This document shows positions 26,027-36,006 of a stretch of 64,000 bases of DNA, in pieces. The notes under the pieces are model-generated. The model made no database searches. It worked only from the letters and a program-made list of their open reading frames with translations, and had not been told where the DNA came from. The DNA is from Myxococcota bacterium. Its GTDB lineage: Bacteria; Myxococcota_A; UBA9160; SMWR01. The position numbers and the translations under genes are program-made. The DNA is taken from contig DATBRV010000062.1 in assembly GCA_036560145.1 (NCBI GenBank), forward strand, positions 108,703 through 172,702, in the 5' to 3' direction. Within the stretch, counting starts at the first letter, position 1. Each line of letters opens with the position of its first letter.

Positions 26027-26256
26027 TGCAGGCATTCTCATGCGCCCGCGCCGGAGCCCTGCGTGCTTCGGCGATCCTGTCGTCCTGTCTCGTGTCGATC
26101 GACGCCATGGCCGAGCCCCTCGTCTGGGGCTCGGGCAGCTGGGGGGACACCTGGCTGAGCGCGGTCGCCGTGCCGTCGCTCTCGCCGCCCGCGCTCTGGC
26201 TGCTCGCGGCCGCGCTCGCCGCGAGCGTCGGCATCGCCGCCCGGCGGCGCTCCTAG
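26027..26256 (+). CDS. 76-aa mini-protein: signal peptide, about 20 residues, then an IPTL/VPSLS-type C-terminal sorting tail
   Basis: ATG 26027, 15 nt after the upstream stop. GC3-rich. Sequence MQAFSCARAGALRASAILSSCLVSIDAMA / EPLVWGSGSWGDTWLSAVA / VPSLSPPALWLLAAALAASVGIAARRRS. Confidence 0.5.
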
Positions 26257-27287
26257 TTCGGGTTCCCCGCGCCCATCACGGTTAGCTGCTGCCCCGAGTT
26301 CTCCTCGAGGACCGGCGCGTCGATGATCAGCAGCGTCGTGCCCGGAACCAGCAGCGGGTAGAGCGAACTCGCGAAATCCTGCGGGATCCGGATCCGTCCG
26401 CCGACGACGTGTGAGGGATCGCCCCCCGCGGCATCGCGATAGCCGGTGACGGGCACCGCCATCCAGTTGCGCGCCGCCGCGCCCTCGAGCAAGGCGCTGC
26501 TCCCCTGCCCCGTCCCCGCCTTCACGATGAAGGCATGCGTGCCGAGCGGCTTCGGTGCGTCGATCACCAGCAGCACCGCGCGCCCGATCTCGACGCCGTT
26601 GCGCAGCACGATCACGCGCTTGTCCGCGCGGCTCATCAGGATCGACACCGGCCCGTCGGGCGACTTCTCCGGCTGCCAGCGGGAAGCCTCGCCGGCCTGG
26701 AGGCGCGCTTCGACGTCGTCGGTGCCCTGGGTGGGATCGACGGGCGCCAGCACCGCGGGGTGCACCACGTCCGCCGGCGCCGTCTTGTTCGAGGCCACCA
26801 CGACCGTCATGCCCATGTGGGAAGCGGCGAAGAGGTCCTCGGCGAATTTGGAGGGCAGGTGCACGCAGCCGTGCGAAGATGGATAACCCGGCAGCCCGCC
26901 GGCATGCAGCGCCACGCCGTCCCAGGTCAGGCGCTCCTGATACGGCATCGAGGCGTCGTTGTACTTGGACGAATGGTGGTCCTTGTCCTTCTGGAGGATC
27001 GTGAAGACCCCGGTCGGCGTCTCGTGCCCGGGCTTGCCCGTGCTCACCGTCGTGAAGCCGATCTCGATTCCGTTGCGGTACACGTAGGCCCGCTGCTCGG
27101 TCAGGCTGACCACGACGACCATCGGGCCTTCGGGAGCCACGGCCTGGTTCCAGACGTACTCGCCGGGCTTGAGCGCGCCCGGAGGCGTGTCGGTAGGCTG
27201 CGAGGTCTTGGCGCCCCAGAAGGGCATCGCCATGGACGGGCTCGCGACCAGGAGAGCCAGGAGCAGCGACCACGACCAATGCGGCAT
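26253..27287 (-). CDS. L,D-transpeptidase (YkuD family)
   Basis: Signal peptide, then the catalytic region TPTGVFTILQK...WDGVALHAGGLPGYPSSHGCVHL. Confidence 0.85.
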   Translation of the reverse strand: MPHWSWSLLLALLVASPSMAMPFWGAKTSQPTDTPPGALKPGEYVWNQAVAPEGPMVVVVSLTEQRAYVYRNGIEIGFTTVSTGKPGHETPTGVFTILQKDKDHHSSKYNDASMPYQERLTWDGVALHAGGLPGYPSSHGCVHLPSKFAEDLFAASHMGMTVVVASNKTAPADVVHPAVLAPVDPTQGTDDVEARLQAGEASRWQPEKSPDGPVSILMSRADKRVIVLRNGVEIGRAVLLVIDAPKPLGTHAFIVKAGTGQGSSALLEGAAARNWMAVPVTGYRDAAGGDPSHVVGGRIRIPQDFASSLYPLLVPGTTLLIIDAPVLEENSGQQLTVMGAGNPN

Positions 27288-27420
27288 GGGTCACACACTT
27301 TGATGTTGATCGGCGCCTGCATGGTGCCGAACGACTGGCGCGGCTTCAATGGGTCGGCGGGCGACGGGCGCAGGTGCTAGAAAAGCAGCACGGACGGCAG
27401 CCCGCGAGTCTCCCATACCG

Positions 27421-28986
27421 ATGTCTCGATCTGCATGGCTCGGCACTTGTCTCGCGTGGGCGCTGTTCTGCGCCGCCGGGGCCTACGTCGCGGCGACGGA
27501 ATCGGCCACCTACGACGAAGTGCCGCACATCGCGGCCGGCGTGCGCTATCTGGCGGGGGATCTGAGCCTCAACCGCGAGCATCCGCCGCTCGTGAAGGCG
27601 CTGGCCGCCGCCGCCCTGCCCGACCGCGATCCGGCCTTGCCGATGCCCGCGAGCGCGGATCTGGACGCCGTGCAGTGGACCTGGGGATCCGAGTGGCTGC
27701 ACGAGGCGAATCAACCGCCCCTGGACCTGCTGCTCCGCGCCCGCCTGCCGATCGTGCTGCTGAGCTCGGTGCTGCTGTTCGTCGTCGCGCTGTGGGCCCG
27801 GCGCCTGGCGGGCTCGCGCGCGGCTTGCGTCGCGGCCGGGCTGCTGGCGACCTGTCCCACCTGGCTCGCGCATTCCGCGCTGGTGACCACCGATTCCGCC
27901 GCGACCCTGTTCTTCTTCTGCGCGTGCTACGCCGGCTACCGCCTGGTGCGGGGCGCGCGTGAGGAGCGCTGGCGGTGCGCCGCGGCGTTGGCGGCGGTGT
28001 TGGCGCTCGGATTGGCGACCAAGTACTCGATGCTCGCGGCGCTCGGCCTGGTGCCGCTGGGCATCGCGCTGGATGCCCTCGCGCTGCGACGCCCCGGCGC
28101 GTTGCTCCCGGCCGCCGTCGCCAGCGGCGCCGGAGCGCTGCTCGGAATCCTCTTCGCGTGGGGGCTGCCGCCGCAGCCGTGGATCTACTTCGCAGGCGTC
28201 TCGCACGTGGGCGATTTCCACGTGCGCGGCCACATGTTCTATGCGTTCGGCGAGGTCTTCCACGAGCGGGATCCGCTCTATTTCGCTCGGGCCCTCGCGG
28301 TGAAGGTTTCGATCCCAGTGCTCCTGCTCTGCGCGCTGTCGCCGTGGCTGGTCCGGCGCGGCCCGCTCGATCCCCTGGGCGCGCCGGGCGAGCGCCGGTT
28401 CTCCTGGCTGTTGCTGATCCCGCCGCTCGGGTACTACCTGCTGATGGCCGGCTACGCCCCGGCGATCGGGGTCCGCTACGTGCTGCCCGTGGTGCCGTTC
28501 CTGTGCCTGCTCGCCGGCGTCGCCGCCGCAGGCCTCTGGCGCCGGGCCCGCTGGCGTTGGCTGCTGGCTCCGCTCGCAGCCGCGCAGCTGCTGGGTTTCG
28601 CGAGCGCCCTGCGCGCGACGCCGCTCGCGTTCTTCAACGGCCTGGGCTGCCGCACCGGTGACGCGCTGCCTTGCCTGGATGATTCGAACGTGGACTGGGG
28701 GCAGGCGTTGCCGCAGCTCAAGCGCTTCCGCGATCAGCGCTTCCCGGGCGAGACGATCCGGATCTTCTACTACGGCTCGAGCCCGCCGCGCGCGTACATC
28801 GACCACCTTGGGCTGGCGGACGCCAGCGAGCTCAGCGACCCGCTCCCCGCGGTCTACGCGATGAGCCTGCACCTGCGCGCGCGCAGCCCGAAGGCGGCCT
28901 GGCCCCGTCAACGGCAGCCGAACGAAGTCGTCGGCGGGGCCTACGCGATCTTCGATCTGCGCGGCGAGCCCCGGAAGGCACCCTGA
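27421..28986 (+). CDS. GT-C fold glycosyltransferase (family 39 / ArnT-like)
   Basis: Multi-TM protein with the first-loop motif ATYDEVPHIAAG...NREHPPLVKAL. ATG 27421 is preferred over the track start 27349. Confidence 0.7.
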   Translation: MSRSAWLGTCLAWALFCAAGAYVAATESATYDEVPHIAAGVRYLAGDLSLNREHPPLVKALAAAALPDRDPALPMPASADLDAVQWTWGSEWLHEANQPPLDLLLRARLPIVLLSSVLLFVVALWARRLAGSRAACVAAGLLATCPTWLAHSALVTTDSAATLFFFCACYAGYRLVRGAREERWRCAAALAAVLALGLATKYSMLAALGLVPLGIALDALALRRPGALLPAAVASGAGALLGILFAWGLPPQPWIYFAGVSHVGDFHVRGHMFYAFGEVFHERDPLYFARALAVKVSIPVLLLCALSPWLVRRGPLDPLGAPGERRFSWLLLIPPLGYYLLMAGYAPAIGVRYVLPVVPFLCLLAGVAAAGLWRRARWRWLLAPLAAAQLLGFASALRATPLAFFNGLGCRTGDALPCLDDSNVDWGQALPQLKRFRDQRFPGETIRIFYYGSSPPRAYIDHLGLADASELSDPLPAVYAMSLHLRARSPKAAWPRQRQPNEVVGGAYAIFDLRGEPRKAP

Positions 28987-28988
28987 CC

Positions 28989-30509
28989 ATGCAGGCGCCG
29001 TCCGGACGGTTCATCGTGGCAGCCCTTTGCGTGCTCGTCTTCGCGGGGAGCCTGGGCGGGGGGTACGTCCTCGACGACACGCGGCTCGTGCGCGACAACC
29101 CGGAGATCACCAGCCCGCGCCGCGCGCTCGCCTACTTCGGCGAGGACTACTGGTGGCCCCACCGCGTCTCGGGTCTCTACCGGCCGCTCACGCTGCTCTC
29201 GTTCTCCGTCGATCACGCGGTCGGCGCGGGCGCGCCGCTCGTCTTCCACGCCAGCAACCTCGCGCTCCACGCCGTCTGCTCCCTGCTGGTGCTGGCGCTG
29301 TTTCGGGCGCTCGGCGCGAGCGCCGCGGTGAGCGTCGGCGGCGCGAGCCTGTTCGCCGCGCTCGCCGTGCACACCGAGGTGGTCGCCAATCTGGCCGGAC
29401 GCAGCGAGCTGCTCGCGGCGGCCTTCGCGCTCGCGGCGCTGCTGGCGCACGTCCGCGGCGGCCGTCTGGCGTTCGCGGCTCCCCCGCTCTTCGGAGCCGC
29501 CCTCTTGTGCAAGGAGAGCGCCATCGCGCTGCCGCTGGTGATGCTCCTCTACGACTGGCTCTGGAGGCGCGAGCATCCCCTCTCCACGCGCCGCAACGCC
29601 GCGCTCGCGGCCAGCCTGCTCGCGGTGGCCCTCGGCTATCTCGCCCTCCGCAGCTTCGCGCTCGAGGGCAGTCCGCTGCCCGTCCCGTCGCGGATGGACA
29701 ATCCCCTCGTCGAGCTCGCGCTCCCGCTGCGCGTGCTCAACGCCCTGGCGGTCGCCCAGCGCTATCTCGGACTCCTGCTCTTCCCCGCGGTGCTCCGCTA
29801 CGACTACTCCCTCGCGCAGATCCCCCTGCTCGTCTCGTTCCGCGAACCCATGGCGCTGCTGGTGCTCTTCGCCTGTGCGCTCGAGCTCTGCGCCACGATC
29901 TGGATCGCGCGGCGTTCCCGGCTGGCCGCCTTCGGGCTCGGCCTCTCGCTGGCGAGCTTCGCGGTCGTCTCGAACCTCGCGATCCCGATCGGCACGATCC
30001 TGGGCGAGCGCCTGCTCTACTTCCCGTCGGTCGGCTTCTGCCTGCTCGTCGCGCTCGGCCTCGAGCGCCTGCTTCGCTCGCACCCGCGCGCGCTGCCGGC
30101 GGCGCTCGCCCTGCTGGTCGCCCTGAACGCCGCGCGCGCCGCGGTGCGCACCTCCGAGTGGAAGAGCGAGGAGCGCCTCTACCTGGCGGACCTTCCGCGC
30201 AGTCCGAACAGCGCCCGCGTGCAGATCAACGCCGGCTTCGCCGAGCAGCTGCGCGGGGATCACGCCCGGGCGCTCCAGCACTTCGACCGCGCCCTCGAGA
30301 TCGAGCCGTCCTTTCGCGATGCCTACCGCAACGCGGGCATCTCGCTCTTCATGCTGGGCGACTACGAGCAGGCGATCCGCGTGTTCCGCGACGAGCTCAC
30401 GCGCAGTCCGGACGACCGCGAGCTGATGCGCTACCTGGCCCGCGCGCTCCAGCGACTCGGGCGCCATCAAGAAGCCGCACAAGTGTCGGCGCGGGCCGAC
30501 GCCGGGTAG
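28989..30509 (+). CDS. membrane protein with C-terminal TPR repeats (TMTC/DUF1736-like O-mannosyltransferase type)
   Basis: N-terminal GGYVLDDTRLVRDNP motif, about 9 TM helices, and C-terminal TPRs (ALQHFDRALEIEPSFRDAYRNAG...). Confidence 0.7.
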   Translation: MQAPSGRFIVAALCVLVFAGSLGGGYVLDDTRLVRDNPEITSPRRALAYFGEDYWWPHRVSGLYRPLTLLSFSVDHAVGAGAPLVFHASNLALHAVCSLLVLALFRALGASAAVSVGGASLFAALAVHTEVVANLAGRSELLAAAFALAALLAHVRGGRLAFAAPPLFGAALLCKESAIALPLVMLLYDWLWRREHPLSTRRNAALAASLLAVALGYLALRSFALEGSPLPVPSRMDNPLVELALPLRVLNALAVAQRYLGLLLFPAVLRYDYSLAQIPLLVSFREPMALLVLFACALELCATIWIARRSRLAAFGLGLSLASFAVVSNLAIPIGTILGERLLYFPSVGFCLLVALGLERLLRSHPRALPAALALLVALNAARAAVRTSEWKSEERLYLADLPRSPNSARVQINAGFAEQLRGDHARALQHFDRALEIEPSFRDAYRNAGISLFMLGDYEQAIRVFRDELTRSPDDRELMRYLARALQRLGRHQEAAQVSARADAG

Positions 30510-30551
30510 GCGCAGATCGACGAAGAGAGGGGCGCCTCTTCCCGGGCCGCG

Positions 30552-31718
30552 TCATCCGATCACCCGCCCGGCCCGGGCGACCAGCCCGGGATAGCCCACG
30601 GTGAGCAGCCGCTGCCCGTTCGCGCGCTGCCAGCCGGCGGCGAACAGGACCAGCGCCAGGAAGCTCGCCGCGAAGAGCAGCGGCCACCACTGGGTGTAGG
30701 GGAGGTGGAGGCTGTAGAGAACCGTGTAGTAGACGGCGTACTGCGCGACGAACACGATCAGGGAATTGCGGCCGAGCAGCGCAAACATCTTCAGCAGCGC
30801 GGCGTCCGGTCGGGCGCGGGCCAGCCACAGGCTGGCGGTCACCAGGTAGAGCGCGAGACCCAGATAGCAGAGGAGGTAGACGGGCCCCGGGGGCAGCTTC
30901 TGCCAGGTGGAGGTCAGGAAGACCAGCGCGCTCCGCGGGCTGGTATCCGCGAAGGCCGGCAGCAGCGCGAGCTCCGATCGCAGGCTCCAGAGGAGGACGC
31001 CCGATGCCAGCAGGAGCGAGCCCAGGCCGATCAGGCCCCCGAACCCGGTGCGCTCGCTCGCCCCGCGGAGCCGCGCGAGCCGCTCGCCCACCGAGGTGGC
31101 CACCAGGTAGACCGCCAGCCATGGGAGGATCGGGAAGCTGTAGACGAAGACGCTGTGACTGCGATGGCCCACCAGCAGGTGCTTCAGGAACCGTTCGACG
31201 GAGCCCTCCTGCGGGATCCAGAGCAGCAGGACGAGCACGGAGCCCACGTAGAGCAGGACTCCCAGCGCGGCGCGCGCGCGCATCCCGATCGCGGGAACGA
31301 CGACGGTGCCCACCAACACGCAGACCGCGATCGTGTCGGTGACGAAGACGATGTCGAGGGCCCCCCGGAAGCCCGTGATCGGCACGTGCGCGAACACGAT
31401 CGGAACGCGGGCCACGGTGAGCAGGAAGAGCGCGCGATCGACGAGATTGCGGCGCGTGCGATCGAACGTCTTCTGGTTCGTCGCGTACAGGAAGCCGAGG
31501 ACGAAGCCGCTGATCAGGATGAAGGTCGGCGTCGCGGCGCGCGTGAGGGGGCTGAGCAGCTCGGTGACCCGCTGGATTCCAAGGGGCTGCAGGTAGCCGT
31601 TCTGGAAGTGCGCCAGGCAGACCAGGAACATGGCGGCGCCGCGCGCGGCGTCGAGCCCCATCAGCCGGTTGCGCTGTACGCCCGGAATGCCGGGACCTGG
31701 ATTCGAGGTCTGCATCAC
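30552..31718 (-). CDS. membrane acyltransferase-like protein (DUF1624 / heparan-glucosaminide N-acetyltransferase-like)
   Basis: N-terminal [23 protein letters not shown] followed by multiple TM helices. Confidence 0.65.
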   Translation of the reverse strand: MMQTSNPGPGIPGVQRNRLMGLDAARGAAMFLVCLAHFQNGYLQPLGIQRVTELLSPLTRAATPTFILISGFVLGFLYATNQKTFDRTRRNLVDRALFLLTVARVPIVFAHVPITGFRGALDIVFVTDTIAVCVLVGTVVVPAIGMRARAALGVLLYVGSVLVLLLWIPQEGSVERFLKHLLVGHRSHSVFVYSFPILPWLAVYLVATSVGERLARLRGASERTGFGGLIGLGSLLLASGVLLWSLRSELALLPAFADTSPRSALVFLTSTWQKLPPGPVYLLCYLGLALYLVTASLWLARARPDAALLKMFALLGRNSLIVFVAQYAVYYTVLYSLHLPYTQWWPLLFAASFLALVLFAAGWQRANGQRLLTVGYPGLVARAGRVIG

Positions 31719-31846
31719 GGCGCGTCACCTTCGGGGGGGGGAGACGCATCGCCCGCGCAGGATCGGACCCGATTCAGGATAGCAGCTACACTGCCGGCGC
31801 CCGCGGTTCGAGCATCGGCCAACCGCACACCCACCTCGGAGGATCC

Positions 31847-32338
31847 ATGGCCCGCACGGCGACGAGCATCGCAATCGACATCGGCATCTCGGACAAGGAC
31901 CGTAAACAGCTCGCGGAGGGGCTCTCTCGCCTGCTCGCCGACACCTATACGCTGTACCTGAAAACGCACAACTTTCACTGGAACGTCACGGGGCCGATGT
32001 TCCAGACCCTGCATCTCATGTTCGAGACGCACTACAACGAGCTCGCGCTGGCGGTGGACCTGATCGCCGAGCGGATCCGGGCGCTGGGCCACGTTGCCCC
32101 AGGCAGCTACCAGGCCTACGCGAAGCTCTCGACGATCCGGGAGGAGACCGGCGTGCCAGCGGCCACGGCGATGATCCGAAGCCTGGTCAAGGGACACGAA
32201 GCGGTGGCAAAGACCGCGCGTGCGGTGTTCCCGACCGCCGAGGCCGCGAACGATCAGCCCACCGCGGATCTGCTGACCCAGCGCCTCCAGATCCACGAGA
32301 AGACGGCCTGGATGTTGCGGAGCCTGCTGGCGAAGTAG
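31847..32338 (+). CDS. dps: Dps family DNA-protection/ferritin-like protein
   Basis: GGAGGA Shine-Dalgarno. Motif [52 protein letters not shown]. Confidence 0.9.
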   Translation: MARTATSIAIDIGISDKDRKQLAEGLSRLLADTYTLYLKTHNFHWNVTGPMFQTLHLMFETHYNELALAVDLIAERIRALGHVAPGSYQAYAKLSTIREETGVPAATAMIRSLVKGHEAVAKTARAVFPTAEAANDQPTADLLTQRLQIHEKTAWMLRSLLAK

Positions 32339-32352
32339 CCCCGAGCGACGCG

Positions 32353-33396
32353 GTGAGCGCAGCCACCTCCGGCGCCCGGCCGCGCCTCGACTTCGTCGAC
32401 GCGTTTCGGGGCTTTGCGATCCTGCTGGTGGTGGGCGTCCACGCGGCCTCCGCCAGCGCCGTCGCGGACCACTGGCTGGGACCGGCGATCCTCCAGCTCG
32501 TCTTCACGCTCGGAGTCCCCGGATTCTTCCTGGCCGACGGGTACCTGTTCGCGATCGCCCGCCGCCGCGATCCGGACTTCGCGTTCGGGCCGTTCCTGCG
32601 GCGCAGCGCGCGCCGGCTGCTGCTGCCCTGGCTGCTCTTCACGATCCTCTACGGCCTGGCGCAGGCGGGCGCCGAGTGGACGGGCCTGGCCAGCCAGCCG
32701 ATCCTCGCAAACGCGACACTATCCCGTGTCCTCTGGCTCGCCTACGGCTCGGCCTTTGCGATCCAGCTCTATTTCCTGCTCTCGCTCTTCCTGATCCGCT
32801 CGCTCGCGGGCGTCTGGCGCCGGCTCGCGCTCGCCCCCTGGCCGCTCGTGCTCGCGGTCTGGGGCGGCTACGCGGCGCTCGAGATCGCCTGGCTCGATCC
32901 GACCCTCGACGCGCACGTCCGCACGCCCGGCCTCGATCCCATCACCCATGCCTTCTGGGGGCTCCAGTTCTACCTGCTCGGGATGGCCTGCGCGGCCGCG
33001 GACGCCGCGATCCGGCGACACGCGCCCATCCTTTTGGCGGCGGCCACTGCGCTGGCGGCGGGCATCCTCGCGCTCGGCATCGATGCCCAGCACGTCTTCG
33101 AGTATGCCCTCCGGATGGGGGCGTTCCTGGCGTTCCTGATCAGCGCCCCCCTCACCCGCGCCCTGCGCGGTGTGGGACGCCACAGCATGGGCATCTACCT
33201 GCTCCACCAGCCCGTTCTGCTGAAGGTCTTCGTGCTGGCGGGCGGGGCGCTCGTCGCGAGCCCTCCGCTCCGCTTCGGCCTCGACGTCGCGGGCGCGTTC
33301 CTGGCGGCGTGGGGCGCCAGCGTTCTGCTCTCCAGGTACCGGACGGGCCGGCTGATCCTCGGGGAGGCCCTCGAGCCGGCTTCGTCCCGGATTTGA
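32353..33396 (+). CDS. acyltransferase 3 family membrane protein
   Basis: N-terminal RLDFVDAFRGFAILLVVGVHA motif and about 10 TM helices. GTG start. Confidence 0.75.
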   Translation: MSAATSGARPRLDFVDAFRGFAILLVVGVHAASASAVADHWLGPAILQLVFTLGVPGFFLADGYLFAIARRRDPDFAFGPFLRRSARRLLLPWLLFTILYGLAQAGAEWTGLASQPILANATLSRVLWLAYGSAFAIQLYFLLSLFLIRSLAGVWRRLALAPWPLVLAVWGGYAALEIAWLDPTLDAHVRTPGLDPITHAFWGLQFYLLGMACAAADAAIRRHAPILLAAATALAAGILALGIDAQHVFEYALRMGAFLAFLISAPLTRALRGVGRHSMGIYLLHQPVLLKVFVLAGGALVASPPLRFGLDVAGAFLAAWGASVLLSRYRTGRLILGEALEPASSRI

Positions 33397-33503
33397 AGCC
33401 CCACGGGGCGCCCGCGGCCCCACTTATGGCATTCTGGCGGGCGGGCTGCCGTGGGCGCGTTCCCTATCGCCTTCTGAGGGGCACTCACGGTGGGGGAATC
33501 GGC

Positions 33504-34886
33504 ATGAGCCTGAATGGATCCGTGATCCTGATCGAGCTCAACGAGCTCACGCCCGCGTTGATCTCCCGCTTCATGCAGGCCGGAGCGCTCCCGAACTTCC
33601 AGCGCTTCTTCCGCGAGTCGCAGGTCTTCACGACGGACGCCGGCGAGGCCGGCCTGCGCCTGAACCCCTGGATCCAGTGGGTGACGGTGCACACCGGCCT
33701 TCCGCTCGACGAGCACGGGGTGATGCTGCTCGGCGAGCGTCCCAAGCTCCCCACCTGCGGAGTCGTCGATCGGGTCGCGGAAGCGGGTGGCCGGGTCTGG
33801 ATGTGCGGGAGCATGAACATCCCCTTCCAGACGCCGCTCCCGGGCGCCGTGCTGCCCGATCCCTGGTCGGCCGACAGCGCTCCCTTCCCGGGCGAGCTCG
33901 ACACCTACCTGCGTATGGTCCGCCACCACGTGCAGGAGCACACCAATCCCGATAGCCGCCTCGGCGCGGGCGACTACGCCCGCTTCGGCGCCTTCATGGC
34001 GACCCACGGCCTCTCCCCCTCGACCGTCTGGGCGGCAGCGCGACAGCTCGCGCGCGAGCGCGGAGGGCGCTACGGGTGGAAGCGGATCAGCATCCTCGAC
34101 CGCCTCCAGTTCGATCTCTTCCGGCACTACCACCGGAAGATCCGGCCCCATCTCTCCACCTTCTTTACGAACAGCGTGGCGCACATGCAGCACACCCGCT
34201 GGCGGAACCTCGAGCCGGAGCGGTTCGACGTAAAGCCGAGCGCGAGCGAGCAGGCGGAGTTCCACGACGCGGTGGAGTTCGCCTACCGCGAGAACGACGC
34301 GACCATCGGCCGCTTCCTCGATCTCGCCGGCGAGGACACCACGCTGGTCTTCCTGACCGCCCTCAGCCAACAGCCCGACGTGCGCTACGAAGAGATCGGC
34401 GGCAAGCGTTTCTATCGCCCGCGCGATTTCCAGCGTCTGGTCGCCTTCGCCGGGATCACCGGCCCGCACGAGTGCGCGCCGGTGATGTCCGAGGAGTTCT
34501 GGCTGCGCTTCGAGGACGAGCCCGCCGCGCAGCGGGCCGCGCAGCGGCTCGAGGCGCTCCAGGTGGGCGGCAAGCGCGCCTTCCGCGCCGAGCGCCGCGA
34601 GCGCGAGATCTACACCGGCTGCGACCTCTCCGGCGAGGTGGAGCCGGACGCCATGCTGGTGAGCGCCGAGAGCGGCGCGGCGGCCCCTTTCTACGAGCTG
34701 CTCTACCAGGCCGAGACGCTGAAGAGCGGCGTCCACCACCCGGACGGGCTGCTCTGGATCCGCCGGCCCGATCGCCGGCACACCGTGCACGCCGGCAAAG
34801 TGCCGCTCACCGCGGTGGCGCCCAGCGTGCTGCGGATGCTCGGGGTCGAGATCCCCAGCTCCATGAAGGAAGCCCCGCTCCTCTAG
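33504..34886 (+). CDS. alkaline-phosphatase-superfamily-like protein (type I phosphodiesterase-like, N-terminal metal/nucleophile motifs not evident)
   Basis: ATG 33504; the track ORF from 32676 overlaps the upstream gene. VILIELNELTP...LPNFQRF...TVHTGLPLDEHGV and C-terminal SGVHHPDGLLWI resemble the fold. The usual D and T/S residues are replaced. Confidence 0.5.
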   Translation: MSLNGSVILIELNELTPALISRFMQAGALPNFQRFFRESQVFTTDAGEAGLRLNPWIQWVTVHTGLPLDEHGVMLLGERPKLPTCGVVDRVAEAGGRVWMCGSMNIPFQTPLPGAVLPDPWSADSAPFPGELDTYLRMVRHHVQEHTNPDSRLGAGDYARFGAFMATHGLSPSTVWAAARQLARERGGRYGWKRISILDRLQFDLFRHYHRKIRPHLSTFFTNSVAHMQHTRWRNLEPERFDVKPSASEQAEFHDAVEFAYRENDATIGRFLDLAGEDTTLVFLTALSQQPDVRYEEIGGKRFYRPRDFQRLVAFAGITGPHECAPVMSEEFWLRFEDEPAAQRAAQRLEALQVGGKRAFRAERREREIYTGCDLSGEVEPDAMLVSAESGAAAPFYELLYQAETLKSGVHHPDGLLWIRRPDRRHTVHAGKVPLTAVAPSVLRMLGVEIPSSMKEAPLL

Positions 34887-34927
34887 GCGGCGGGGCGAAA
34901 CCGAGGCCTATGCAGATCGAGGCCGGC

Positions 34928-35938
34928 TCAGCTCGCGGCGCGCAGCCGACCGCGCAGCCCGAGCAGCAGCTTCACGAGCGGGCCCGGGAGTCCGGCGAGC
35001 AGCTTGTGGCCGAGCGGCGGCCGCTGCATGCGCGCCAGCTCCTCGCGCGCGTCGCGCAGCCGGCCGAGCAGGATCAGATCGGCGGCGCGGCTGGCGCGCA
35101 GGTCGTCGACCACGGCCTGGTACTCCGCACCGTGCGTGGCCAGAAAAGCCGGATCGGCGCCCCAGACGCGCGCCAGCACCACCAGGTTCGCCTCCGCGCG
35201 GCGCAGGCTGTCGTACTCCGAGAGCCGCTCGCCGGCGTGGCCGTGCTGCCAGGCGGTCTCGCAGTCGAAGAAGGCGGCCAGGCCGCGGCGCGAGAGCCGG
35301 CCGAAGCACTCGAGATCCTCGAGCGTGGGGACGTCCTCGGCGAAGTGCAGCGCATCGCCCGCCTCCACGCGGCGCGCGACCAGCGAGGTGGTGAGCACGT
35401 AGCCGCGAGCGAACTCGCGCTGGTAGAGGCTTCCGACGTGGACAGGAAAGTCGGGGATGCCCTCCGGCAACGCGGCGTGGGCGGAATACGGCGCCCCGGG
35501 CCCCAGGATCTCGTCCCAGCCGCGCGCATCCCGATGCCAGTGGATCAGGTGACGGCGGCGCTCGCGGCCCTCGCCGTCGGTGACGCCGAACTCGCTGAAG
35601 ACGAAGAGCACGTCGGGACGCGCCGCCAGCCAGCGCCGCGCCAGCTCGAGCTTGCCCGGCATCCATTCGTCGTCGGAATCGAGGAAGGCGACCAGATCGC
35701 GCGTCGCCTCGCGGATGCCGCGGTTGCGGGCCGCGCCCGCCCCGCGGTTCGGGGTGCGCAGATAGCGAATCCTGTCGCGGTAGTCGGCCAGCGCCTGCTC
35801 GGTGCCGTCGCTCGAGCCGTCGTCCACCACGAGGATCTCGTCGAGCGGCGTGACCTGCGCGAGGGCGGACGCGAGCGCGCGGCCCACCAGATGGGCGCGG
35901 TTGTAGGTCGGGATCACGACGGAGACGGAGAGGGCCAC
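34928..35938 (-). CDS. family 2 glycosyltransferase
   Basis: Motifs VVIPTYNRAHLV, ILVVDDGSSDGT and FLDSDDEW (DxD). GTG start. Confidence 0.85.
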   Translation of the reverse strand: MALSVSVVIPTYNRAHLVGRALASALAQVTPLDEILVVDDGSSDGTEQALADYRDRIRYLRTPNRGAGAARNRGIREATRDLVAFLDSDDEWMPGKLELARRWLAARPDVLFVFSEFGVTDGEGRERRRHLIHWHRDARGWDEILGPGAPYSAHAALPEGIPDFPVHVGSLYQREFARGYVLTTSLVARRVEAGDALHFAEDVPTLEDLECFGRLSRRGLAAFFDCETAWQHGHAGERLSEYDSLRRAEANLVVLARVWGADPAFLATHGAEYQAVVDDLRASRAADLILLGRLRDAREELARMQRPPLGHKLLAGLPGPLVKLLLGLRGRLRAAS

Positions 35939-36006
35939 GGCAACCTGCGCTTGGGCCGCGCCAGCCTATCACAGGCGGCTCTCGCTGCCGGGACCGGGAG
36001 GGCGCG

